A stretch of 54,137 bases of DNA from a virus (taxonomy: Duplodnaviria; Caudoviricetes). Shown here in pieces: positions 43,579 to 52,307 of the stretch. Position 1 is the stretch's first letter, and every line of letters starts with the position of its first letter. Below the pieces are notes generated by a model, which did no database searches, was not told the origin of the DNA, and saw only the letters and a program-made list of their open reading frames with translations. The stretch covers positions 1-54,137 of IMG/VR virus record IMGVR_UViG_3300022074_000055. One strand, 5' to 3'. The translations under genes and the position numbers were made by a program.

Positions 43579-44012
43579 TGGCTAGTGAACTCAAAGTAGA
43601 TAAAATATCAGGTGTCGCTTCTGCTGGAGCAGTGCTTGTGACGGCTGAAGGTGGCACTACAACTACTAGTTTAACACAAGGGTTAGTTAAGGGGTGGGCT
43701 AACTTCAGTATGAGTGGTACTCCTGCTTTTAGAGATAGCATCAACATGGCTAGTATTACAGATAATGGTACAGGAGATGGAACACTTAACTACACTAATT
43801 CTTTTTCCAATGTAAATTATGCTTTTTCTGGGATGTCTTCTTTAGACGATGGAACTAACGATTTTAATATTGGAATTATAGGTCCAGACAGAGATTTTTA
43901 TTCCTTAACAACAAGCACGATACGTTTAAACTTTTCTTATAATTCAGGAGCTTCAAGTAACAAATTTGATAACGGTCTAAACGGCACAATGCTTAGTGGA
44001 GACTTAGCATGA
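43578..44012 (+). CDS. GDLA-family fibre module 4
   Basis: KGWANF..RDS.N..SITDNGTG; ends SGDLA. Confidence 0.7.
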   Translation: MASELKVDKISGVASAGAVLVTAEGGTTTTSLTQGLVKGWANFSMSGTPAFRDSINMASITDNGTGDGTLNYTNSFSNVNYAFSGMSSLDDGTNDFNIGIIGPDRDFYSLTTSTIRLNFSYNSGASSNKFDNGLNGTMLSGDLA

Positions 44013-44449
44013 GCAGAGCATCTGATTTAGCTAATCTTATAGCAAGTGGTAGCACTACAATACATGGTGAGGCTGGTGTTACATCTAGTGATTCTACTGG
44101 TAAAACTACTAATTTACAACAGGGGTTGGCGAAGGCTTGGGCTAACTATGAACAAAGTTCAAGTCATACAATAAGAGATAGTTTAAATGTTGGTTCTTTA
44201 GGAGATTTGGGCGCAGGTCAAACGCAAATTAATTTTACTACTAATTTTGCGGCTGCTCAATGGGCTGGGGCATCTAATGTTCAACAAGCAGATACAGTAA
44301 CTCCGGGAAGTTCTTTTTGTGACGTATCACAAATACATCAAACACAACAAACCAATTTTGCAAAAATGTTTTCTAATACAAACTTTAGCAATACATCTGT
44401 TGGAGATGCAACGTACTGTCAGATTATATTGCACGGAGATTTAGCGTAA
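44009..44449 (+). CDS. GDLA-family fibre module 5
   Basis: LQQGLAKAWAN..RDSLNV; ends HGDLA. Confidence 0.7.
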   Translation: MSRASDLANLIASGSTTIHGEAGVTSSDSTGKTTNLQQGLAKAWANYEQSSSHTIRDSLNVGSLGDLGAGQTQINFTTNFAAAQWAGASNVQQADTVTPGSSFCDVSQIHQTQQTNFAKMFSNTNFSNTSVGDATYCQIILHGDLA

Positions 44450-44841
44450 TGGCAAGCGAACTTAGAGTAAATACACTAAAGGATGCCAGTGGTAATAACT
44501 CTATTGCTACCTCTACAGTAGCACAAGGTAGTGCAAAGGCTTGGGTAAACTTTAATGGTACAGGTACTGTAGCTATTAGAGATAACCTTAATGTAGGTTC
44601 TATTACAGACAACGGTACTGGAAACTATACAATTAACTTTACAAGCAACATGGCAAATACGAATTTTTCTGTTGGAGGACTGACTGGTGGAAATGGGTCT
44701 AACCCAAATACAACTTCTGGTGCTATTTTATGTCCTCAACAAACAGCATCTACTTTTATAATAAGAACTGGGTCTGCAACTGGTGATACTGATGTAGATA
44801 GAGAATTTACATTTTCTAATGTTCACGGAGACTTAGCATAG
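44449..44841 (+). CDS. GDLA-family fibre module 6
   Basis: AKAWVNFNGTG..IRD.LNV.SITDNGTG; ends HGDLA. Confidence 0.7.
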   Translation: MASELRVNTLKDASGNNSIATSTVAQGSAKAWVNFNGTGTVAIRDNLNVGSITDNGTGNYTINFTSNMANTNFSVGGLTGGNGSNPNTTSGAILCPQQTASTFIIRTGSATGDTDVDREFTFSNVHGDLA

Positions 44842-44851
44842 GAGGCTAAAG

Positions 44852-46762
44852 ATGGCGTTGCCTTTTTCAGCGTTTTCGGAACGTCCTTTTGCTGATGCTG
44901 ACCAAGTAACCACTCCTTCCGCAGGAGAGTGGGGTGGCAGTACATGGGGCGATGGTGGTTGGGGCGGTGCAATCGGGGTTGCTGTCTCTGTTACAGGTGT
45001 TGCTGCTAGTTCTGTTCTGGGCAATGAAAGTGCTACAGGTACATCTTCCACCACAACAACAGGAGTACAAGGCGTTGCTAATGCAGGGTCTTTAATTGTT
45101 TCTGGTGCAGCCGTAACTGGCGTATCAGGACTAGCCTCCACAAGTGGATTAGGTGAAGAGTCTGTTGTTGGCACGGCAAATGTATCAGTTACAGGGTTAG
45201 CTGGTACGTCTGCTCTTGGGAATGAAACAGTTACAACAACAGTAAGTGTTTCTGTTAGTGTTGCTGGGGTAAATGCAACAACTGCTTTAGGAAATGAAAC
45301 AGTTACAACAACAGTAAGTGTTTCTGTTAGTGTTACTAGTATAAGTGCGACAGGTTCAGTGGGTAATGAAACTGTCACTGGCACAGCCTCCATTTCACCT
45401 ACAGGCGCCTCTTCTACGGGTTCAGTGGGTAATGAAACTGTAACCGCAAACTCTACTTTGAGCCTTACAGGATTATCTGCCACAGGCTCAGTTGGTAACG
45501 AAACAGTGGCAGCAGGAGCTTCCGTATCTGTTACAGAAGCTGCGGCTGCTACAGGAGCAGTAGGTTCTCTTACTGTATCTCTTGAAACACCCGTATCTGT
45601 TACTGGTGTATCTGCTACAGGAACTGTTGGTTCTGTAACTGCTACTACAATTTTAAACGCTAATGTATTCCCAACAGGTGTGTCAGCTACCTCTGCTTTA
45701 GGTACTGTAACAGTTGAGGCAATACAAAACACATCATTTGTTCCTGTTGGCGTTTCTTCTGCTGTTAATTTGGGTAGTGAAATTGTTACTGGGTCTTCCA
45801 TTCTTACATCTACAGGAACTCAAGGAGTAGCAAACGCAGGAACTCTAATTGTGTCAGGTGCCGCAGTTACAGGAGTATCTGGTCAAGCATCTACCTTAAA
45901 TATAGGAGATGAAACTGTTACTGGTACTGCAAACATATTTCCAACAGGGGTATCTGCTACAGGAAATACAGGTTCAGTAGTTATTGAATCTAAATACTCT
46001 GTAACAGGGGTGTCTTCAACTGGATCAGTTGGAAATGTTGCTCCAATAGGCAATTCAAGTGTAACTGTAACAGGCGTTGAAGCAACATCATCCGTTGGTG
46101 AGGAAACCATTACAGGAGATGCAAATTTATCTGTTACAGGCATTTCTGCAAACACAACTTTAGGAACTGTTAGCGTCACAGGAACTTCAAATCATGTTCC
46201 AACAGGAGTGGAAGCGCAAGGAGAGCTAGGTGATGAAACAGTAGCAATAAGTGTTACTGCTATAACTTCTGGTGTTCCTGCATTAACAGGTGAATTAGGC
46301 AATGAAACAGTAAGCGCAGGGGCTACTGTAGATGTAACGGGAGAAGAAGCAACTTCTGCTTTAGGGAACGAGACAGTTGTTGGTAATTGTATTGTTATTC
46401 CTACAGGTGTTGAAGCCACTGGTACATTAGGTGCTGTAACTATAGAAACCGTTACCTTTGTTTCTGTTACAGGTGTTTCTAGCACTGCTTCAGTTGGTTC
46501 TGTAACCATTGTAGGAACAAGCGTTGTTACACCAATAGGATTGTCAAACACTGCAATTCTTGGTAATGTAGTTGTGTGGGGAAGGATTGTTCCTGATCAG
46601 AATGCAAACTATTCAGAAATTAACCCATCCCAAACACCGTCTTGGAGTGAAGAAAGTCCCTCTCAGTCCCCAAGTTGGTCAGATATAACTGTAAGTCAAA
46701 CACCGTCTTGGAGTGAAGAAGAGCCGTCACAAAACCCTAACTGGACAGAGGAAGCCGCATAA
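44852..46762 (+). CDS. Thr/Ser/Val/Gly-rich repeat fibre or stalk protein
   Basis: Roughly 22-24-aa repeats V.VTGV.AT..[LV]G.ETV; C-terminal Q.PSWSE repeats. Confidence 0.7.
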   Translation: MALPFSAFSERPFADADQVTTPSAGEWGGSTWGDGGWGGAIGVAVSVTGVAASSVLGNESATGTSSTTTTGVQGVANAGSLIVSGAAVTGVSGLASTSGLGEESVVGTANVSVTGLAGTSALGNETVTTTVSVSVSVAGVNATTALGNETVTTTVSVSVSVTSISATGSVGNETVTGTASISPTGASSTGSVGNETVTANSTLSLTGLSATGSVGNETVAAGASVSVTEAAAATGAVGSLTVSLETPVSVTGVSATGTVGSVTATTILNANVFPTGVSATSALGTVTVEAIQNTSFVPVGVSSAVNLGSEIVTGSSILTSTGTQGVANAGTLIVSGAAVTGVSGQASTLNIGDETVTGTANIFPTGVSATGNTGSVVIESKYSVTGVSSTGSVGNVAPIGNSSVTVTGVEATSSVGEETITGDANLSVTGISANTTLGTVSVTGTSNHVPTGVEAQGELGDETVAISVTAITSGVPALTGELGNETVSAGATVDVTGEEATSALGNETVVGNCIVIPTGVEATGTLGAVTIETVTFVSVTGVSSTASVGSVTIVGTSVVTPIGLSNTAILGNVVVWGRIVPDQNANYSEINPSQTPSWSEESPSQSPSWSDITVSQTPSWSEEEPSQNPNWTEEAA

Positions 46763-47649
46763 TGGCAAGTTCATATACAACAAACCTTGGCATCGAAAAA
46801 CCAGCAACAGGTGAACAATCTGGTACTTGGGGTGCTACAACAAATACAAACTTTGATATATTAGATCAAGCGATAGATGGCATCATATCTATAACGCTAT
46901 CAAGTGCTGGGTCTTCTGGATCTCCTAACTCCTTACCTATAAGTGATGGAGCAGTATCGAATGGTCGTAACAAGTTTATAGAGTTTACAGATAGTGGAGA
47001 TTTAGGTGCTACCGCATATGTGCAATTAACACCTAATGATGCAGAAAAAACTGTTCATATAAGAAATAGCTTATCAGGCAGTCGATCAATTCTTATCTTT
47101 CAAGGAACCTACAACTCAGGTAGAGACTTTGAGATAACCAACGGTAGTGACGTTTTCTTAAAATTTAGCGGTGGCGGTTCTACAGCAACAGTTACCGATG
47201 TGTATGCTAGTTTGGCTGTGACAAAAATTGATGCCGCGACCTTGGCTATCGGAGGTACAAATGTAACCTCTACTGCTGCTGAATTAAATATTTTGGATGG
47301 TGTTACATCCACAGCTACAGAGTTGAATAAGCTAGATGGTGTAACCGCAACAACAACAGAACTTAATTACGTAGATACAACCGCAGGAACTGTTGCCGCT
47401 TCAAAAGCGGTAGTCGTAGATAGCAACAAAGATACAAGCGGTGCAAGAAATATAACTGCGACAGGTGTTATTGCTTCAACAGCAGATGGTGCTACTGCCC
47501 TACAATTAGGTCCAAGTGGTCACTTTACAGCCGAAGTAGATTCAAGCAATCGTTTAGTGTTTAAATTTAATGGCACAGTAATAATGAGACTTTCTAGTGC
47601 TGGAGCATTAGAAACAGCCGATAACATAACAGCATATCAGAGCTTCTAG
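46762..47649 (+). CDS. Tail structural protein
   Basis: MASSY..L......GEQSGTWG.TTN.N; TA.ELN.LDG repeats. Confidence 0.65.
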   Translation: MASSYTTNLGIEKPATGEQSGTWGATTNTNFDILDQAIDGIISITLSSAGSSGSPNSLPISDGAVSNGRNKFIEFTDSGDLGATAYVQLTPNDAEKTVHIRNSLSGSRSILIFQGTYNSGRDFEITNGSDVFLKFSGGGSTATVTDVYASLAVTKIDAATLAIGGTNVTSTAAELNILDGVTSTATELNKLDGVTATTTELNYVDTTAGTVAASKAVVVDSNKDTSGARNITATGVIASTADGATALQLGPSGHFTAEVDSSNRLVFKFNGTVIMRLSSAGALETADNITAYQSF

Positions 47650-47651
47650 TC

Positions 47652-48356
47652 ATGGTTTTACCTACCAGTGGTGCAATATCTTTAGGGCAAATGGCTACAG
47701 AATATAGCGATAGTCAACCTAACTCTATGAATGAATTTTATAGAGGTGGTAGCCTTGTCCCCACTACTGTATCAGGAAGCGCAACACAAGCAGCCCCGTC
47801 TTCTGATGGAACATACTCTGACTTTGGAGGGGTAACTGGGTTAACATTAGTTAGAGCTTTAACAAGCACTACAACGTGGGTTCCATCAAATGGAGGTAAT
47901 GGTGGAATAAATACTGTTTATAGATCAGCAGGCAGTAGTATTACACTAGGTAGTAGTAATTCCAATCGATTGAAGTATGGTGGTAGAGGAAGAGACTCAA
48001 GTGGAACCATTAGTGTTAGTTATTCAGGAGGCTCTACATCTGGTGGTTTTGGCACTGGTGGAACCATTTCTGCAAATATTACCTTAAATGCTACTGGTCC
48101 ATATACTCTAACTCCTAACCAAAATGTTGATATTGGTTATGCTTATAGATCGGTTACTTCTTCTACTGTTTACACTTTTACAAACAACACAGGTTTTGAT
48201 GTAACAATAGAAGGAACTACTATTGCAAATGGAGCGAGTTCTGCAATTTCTCCGTCTGGAGATTATAATATTTCCTTCACAATAAACGCTAATCCCAATG
48301 TTCCTACTAGTGGCACAATAGATTTTGCTGATTTTTACGGAGGCAGAGCAAGTTAA
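47652..48356 (+). CDS. Tail/fibre-associated protein
   Basis: LP.SG.ISL...EFYRGG..VP; ends P.SG.I.F.DFYG. Confidence 0.6.
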   Translation: MVLPTSGAISLGQMATEYSDSQPNSMNEFYRGGSLVPTTVSGSATQAAPSSDGTYSDFGGVTGLTLVRALTSTTTWVPSNGGNGGINTVYRSAGSSITLGSSNSNRLKYGGRGRDSSGTISVSYSGGSTSGGFGTGGTISANITLNATGPYTLTPNQNVDIGYAYRSVTSSTVYTFTNNTGFDVTIEGTTIANGASSAISPSGDYNISFTINANPNVPTSGTIDFADFYGGRAS

Positions 48357-48874
48357 TGCCTTTAACTAAATTACAGTTTAGACCCGGAATCAACAGAGAA
48401 ACCACTTCATATTCTAATGAAGGGGGTTGGTTCGATGGGGACAAAATCAGATTTAGGTTTGGCTTCCCAGAGAAAATAGGGGGTTGGAATAAATATACCT
48501 CTAGTACATATCTTGGAACACCAAGAACTTTACATGCTTGGGTCACTTTAGCAAGTGACAGATATCTAGCTGTTGGTACAAATGTAAAATATTACATTGA
48601 ATCAGGAGGAGATTTTAATGATATAACCCCTGTTAGGCTTAGTGTAAGACAGCCTTTTGCAGTCACAGGAGTTGAAGGAACTACTTCTGTAAATTCAGTA
48701 GTTATAGGATTATCAACAGAACCAACTGTTTCTGTCACAGGAGTTGAAGGAACTACTTCTTTAGGTGCTGTTTCAGTAAGTGCAATACCATCGCCTGCAC
48801 CATTGTTTGCTACAAGCGCATTGGGTACTGTAACAGTTATAACATCTGATGTAGATGTTCCAGTGGGAGGCTAG
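48356..48874 (+). CDS. N-terminal part of a gp10-like stabilisation/tail hub protein
   Basis: F.PGINRE.T.Y..EG.W.D.D..RFR.G.PEKIGGW, DITP.R, then VTGV repeats. Confidence 0.6.
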   Translation: MPLTKLQFRPGINRETTSYSNEGGWFDGDKIRFRFGFPEKIGGWNKYTSSTYLGTPRTLHAWVTLASDRYLAVGTNVKYYIESGGDFNDITPVRLSVRQPFAVTGVEGTTSVNSVVIGLSTEPTVSVTGVEGTTSLGAVSVSAIPSPAPLFATSALGTVTVITSDVDVPVGG

Positions 48875-48878
48875 ATAA

Positions 48879-50432
48879 ATGTCCTTAATTACTTTCACCA
48901 CCACTTCTGGAAGTTCTACTGTAACAGTTAATCATTCAAATCATGGGGCGGTAACAGGCAGCTTTGTTATTTTTTCAAATATAACTTTTGGCGCAGGATC
49001 AACTTACGATAGTTTAATAGCTCTCTTAACAGGAGAGTTTGATATGACTGTTATAACTGGAAGCACTTACACAGTTACACTTTCTTCAAACGCTGGGTTT
49101 GATTTAACAGACGCTGGAGCTTGCGATGCAGATTACTTACTTAATAAAGGAAGTGTTTCTCAATTATTAGGAACGGGTTGGGGGGCTGACTCTTGGGGCG
49201 CAGGAGGTTGGGGTCTGGCAGCTAGTGATGCTATTACACTAGATGAAGCTTTACGCATTTGGAAACAAGATAATTTTGGAGAAGACTTAATAATACTTCC
49301 TCAAAACGGTTTATTATATTATTGGGACAAAACCCAAGGCTTTAGCTCTAGAGCTTTCCCCATAACTCAAAGAGATTCTAACGCACCCACTATTAGCAAA
49401 AATGTTTTAGTGTCCGATAGAGACAGACATGTAATAACTTTTGGGACAACCCCTTTCGGGGGCACTGAGCTAGATCCTCTTTTAATTCGTTTTAGTAGTC
49501 AAGAAGACCCTTTTGATTGGACACCTACTGCAACAAACACTGCTGGAGATTTAAGAGTTGGGTCAGGCTCTGAAATTGTTGCCGCTGTTGAAACAAGACG
49601 AGAAATTGTAGTCATAACAGATACAAGTGTACATTCTTTGCAGTTTATTGGCGCACCTTTTACTTTTGGAATTTCTCAAATATCGGGGAATGTTACAATC
49701 AGAAACTCTAACGCAGCTATAGCAAACAATGATACAGTTTTTTGGATGGGTGTGGATAGGTTTTACTTATACGATGGACGTGTTCAACCTATACCTTGCA
49801 CTGTAAAAGATTATGTGTTTGAAGATTTTGATACTACCAACAGTGAAAAAGTAATAGCTGGTTTAAATACCGCTTATGGGGAGGTTGTTTGGTACTACCC
49901 TTCCAAGTCTGGAGGAACGGGGGAAAATGATAAGTATGTAATTTATAATTACGAAGAAAAAGTTTGGTACTATGGCAACTTAGCTAGGTCTGCTTGGTTA
50001 GACAGAGGTATATATGAATATCCTTTTGGAGCCACAAATGATACTGATTCTGTTGCAGCTAGTCAGTTGTATACTCACGAGATTGGTAACAACGCAGACG
50101 ACTTAGCCTTGACCGCGTTCATTGACTCCAGCCCTATAGACATAGCAGATGGAGAACAGTTTGCTTTAATCCGTAGATTTATTCCTGATATTGATTTTTC
50201 AAGCTCTACTACGGGTGCAACAAAAGAAGCTACTTATACGTTAAAAGGACAAAGATATCCTGGAACAGGGTTTACAACAAATGATGCTTTTACCGTTAGT
50301 AGCACCACTGAACAAAAAAACTCTCGTGTTAGAGGTCGCTCTTTTGGTATTAAAGTTCAAAGTAGTGGTTCTGGCGTTGCTTGGAGACTAGGCTCGAATC
50401 GTGTAGATGTTAAAACAGATGGCAGAAGATGA
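48879..50432 (+). CDS. C-terminal part of a gp10-like stabilisation/tail hub protein
   Basis: DNFGEDL, IRFS.QE, NTAG.LR, FWMG, FY.YDG, EV.W.YP, WRLG...DGRR. Confidence 0.7.
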   Translation: MSLITFTTTSGSSTVTVNHSNHGAVTGSFVIFSNITFGAGSTYDSLIALLTGEFDMTVITGSTYTVTLSSNAGFDLTDAGACDADYLLNKGSVSQLLGTGWGADSWGAGGWGLAASDAITLDEALRIWKQDNFGEDLIILPQNGLLYYWDKTQGFSSRAFPITQRDSNAPTISKNVLVSDRDRHVITFGTTPFGGTELDPLLIRFSSQEDPFDWTPTATNTAGDLRVGSGSEIVAAVETRREIVVITDTSVHSLQFIGAPFTFGISQISGNVTIRNSNAAIANNDTVFWMGVDRFYLYDGRVQPIPCTVKDYVFEDFDTTNSEKVIAGLNTAYGEVVWYYPSKSGGTGENDKYVIYNYEEKVWYYGNLARSAWLDRGIYEYPFGATNDTDSVAASQLYTHEIGNNADDLALTAFIDSSPIDIADGEQFALIRRFIPDIDFSSSTTGATKEATYTLKGQRYPGTGFTTNDAFTVSSTTEQKNSRVRGRSFGIKVQSSGSGVAWRLGSNRVDVKTDGRR

Positions 50433-50656
50433 GTAGAGAATTAGTACCACCACAGTTTTCTGTACCGCCCGAAGAGTATGATAGAACGTATTTTGATGAT
50501 ATGGTTCGCAGTTTGTCTCAACTTGTGATACAACTAAATAACCCAGGTGAGTTAAGGGGTACTAAAATAACTCTCACTGACTTACCTATATCTCCTTCTG
50601 GACTTGAAACAGGAGCATTGTATAATGATAACGGAACTATTAAGGTAGTGACATGA
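50429..50656 (+). CDS. Small tail protein
   Basis: P.EYD..Y pattern; ATGA coupling. Confidence 0.6.
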   Translation: MSRELVPPQFSVPPEEYDRTYFDDMVRSLSQLVIQLNNPGELRGTKITLTDLPISPSGLETGALYNDNGTIKVVT

Positions 50657-51411
50657 ATTTAGGTGATTTAGTAAAAACAATAGCTCCAGTTGTTGCAGGA
50701 GCGTATTTAGGCCCTGTAGGTGGTGCTGTTGCTTCTGGTTTAGGGGCAGTTGCTACTGGCGGAAAACCAAAAGATGCTCTAAGATATGCATTGCTTTCTG
50801 GTCTTGGTGGAGTAGGGGCGCAAAAGTTTTTTCCTGCAGCAGATCCTGCAACGCAAGCCGTAACAACCGCAGGGTCTTTGATGCGTCAAGGAGCAGACCC
50901 CACAATGGCAAATGTTGCCGCTAAAATGGCAAATCAAACAGCAAGACAAGCTGTAGCGGCCCCAGAAGCAAAAACAATTTCAGGAGAACTTCTTTCTTCA
51001 TTGGGTTTTGCTGGTACAGAAGATGATCCTAATTTATTATTTAAAGTTTTAAACACAGACTTAGGGCAAGGAATTGGTGCTGGATTATTGGCTCAATTGC
51101 TATCTGGTTTAGAGGAAGAAGAAGATACAAGGTCAGAATTTGAAAAAAGACCTTTTGGTGCTGGTGGACCAGGTGGACAACTTGGCGGTATAAATTATAT
51201 GGAAGATGGTGGAGATACATACTTTCCCAGACGCAATGGCGGTATAAGCCCTAGCGAGGGCTCTGGTACGAAAGATGATGTACCAGCTATGCTGATGGCT
51301 GGTGAGTTTGTTATGACCCGTGATGCTGTTGAGGGCGCAGGAGATGGGGATATTAATCAAGGCATCAATCGCATGTATAATATGATGGATAAATTTGAGA
51401 GGATGGCATAA
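50653..51411 (+). CDS. Putative internal virion / ejection protein
   Basis: Gly/Ala-rich N-terminus; YMEDGG; G.GTKDDVPAML..GEFVMT..AV. Confidence 0.6.
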   Translation: MNLGDLVKTIAPVVAGAYLGPVGGAVASGLGAVATGGKPKDALRYALLSGLGGVGAQKFFPAADPATQAVTTAGSLMRQGADPTMANVAAKMANQTARQAVAAPEAKTISGELLSSLGFAGTEDDPNLLFKVLNTDLGQGIGAGLLAQLLSGLEEEEDTRSEFEKRPFGAGGPGGQLGGINYMEDGGDTYFPRRNGGISPSEGSGTKDDVPAMLMAGEFVMTRDAVEGAGDGDINQGINRMYNMMDKFERMA

Positions 51412-52304
51412 TGGCAATCACTACTGAAGCCCAGAGACTCGCGCCTTTCTTAGAAGGTCTTGAAAAAAGAATACTGCAAACTGCTTTTGGTACGTTTGAT
51501 GGTTCTACGCAAACAGATCCTGGTTTATTAGACCAGCCACTTCAGCTTCCTGAGTATCAAATAGCAGGGCTTGACCCGTTACAAAATGCTGCTATGCAGC
51601 AAGCGCAAGCGCAGTTTGGTGCTTTTCAACCATACTTACAAGCTGGCGCTGAAGGAACACAATTAGGAATTGGCGCGGCACTTTCGGGATTAGGATTTTT
51701 AAGACCCGATGCTGCACAGCAATTTATGAACCCTTATCAATCCAATGTTATTGACGAAATAAATAGACAAGCGGCAATTGGACAGCAAGGAATAGCTCAG
51801 AAGGCTATTACTTCTGGCGCATTTGGGGGAAGCAGGGAAGGTATTCAAAGAGCAGAGGCAGAAGGACGTAGACTTGCTACTGTTGGAGAAGCTCAAAGAA
51901 AAGGTTATCAAGACGCTGTAGCCGCTGCACAGAGAGCCGCACAGTTATCTGGTGGTTTAGGTCAGGCAATAGGCCAGCAAGCTTCTACATTAGGCGATAT
52001 AGGTAGATTACAGTCTGAATTAGGTAGAGCAGACATACAGTCTCTTACTTCTTTAGGAAGCGCAAGACAGGCTCAGTCACAAGCAGAACTCGATGCACAG
52101 AGACAAAACTTAATGCAACAATATCAAGATCCGTTTACAAGACTACAGCTTGGGAGTCAGTTGTTAAAGGGAACGCCTAGCGGAAGTCTTTCCTCAACAT
52201 TTGAATCGGTGACTCAACCTCAAGCGAATCCATTCTTGCAAGGTCTTGGATTTGCTACTTACGGTCAGTCACAATTTGGTGGCCCTACAGCAGCAGGGGG
52301 ATAA
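51411..52304 (+). CDS. Putative internal virion / ejection protein
   Basis: Gln/Ala/Gly-rich; FMNPYQ..V.D, GAFGGSR. Confidence 0.65.
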   Translation: MAITTEAQRLAPFLEGLEKRILQTAFGTFDGSTQTDPGLLDQPLQLPEYQIAGLDPLQNAAMQQAQAQFGAFQPYLQAGAEGTQLGIGAALSGLGFLRPDAAQQFMNPYQSNVIDEINRQAAIGQQGIAQKAITSGAFGGSREGIQRAEAEGRRLATVGEAQRKGYQDAVAAAQRAAQLSGGLGQAIGQQASTLGDIGRLQSELGRADIQSLTSLGSARQAQSQAELDAQRQNLMQQYQDPFTRLQLGSQLLKGTPSGSLSSTFESVTQPQANPFLQGLGFATYGQSQFGGPTAAGG

Positions 52305-52307
52305 GTC

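Noticed and set aside
39955-44841. Diversity-generating retroelement behind the fibre paralogs
   Set aside because: No reverse transcriptase, and no near-identical TR/VR pair differing only at adenines was seen
44833-46551. Long minus-strand ORFs opposite the repeat protein
   Set aside because: Antisense shadows of a Thr/Ser/Val/Gly-biased gene that gives few reverse-strand stops
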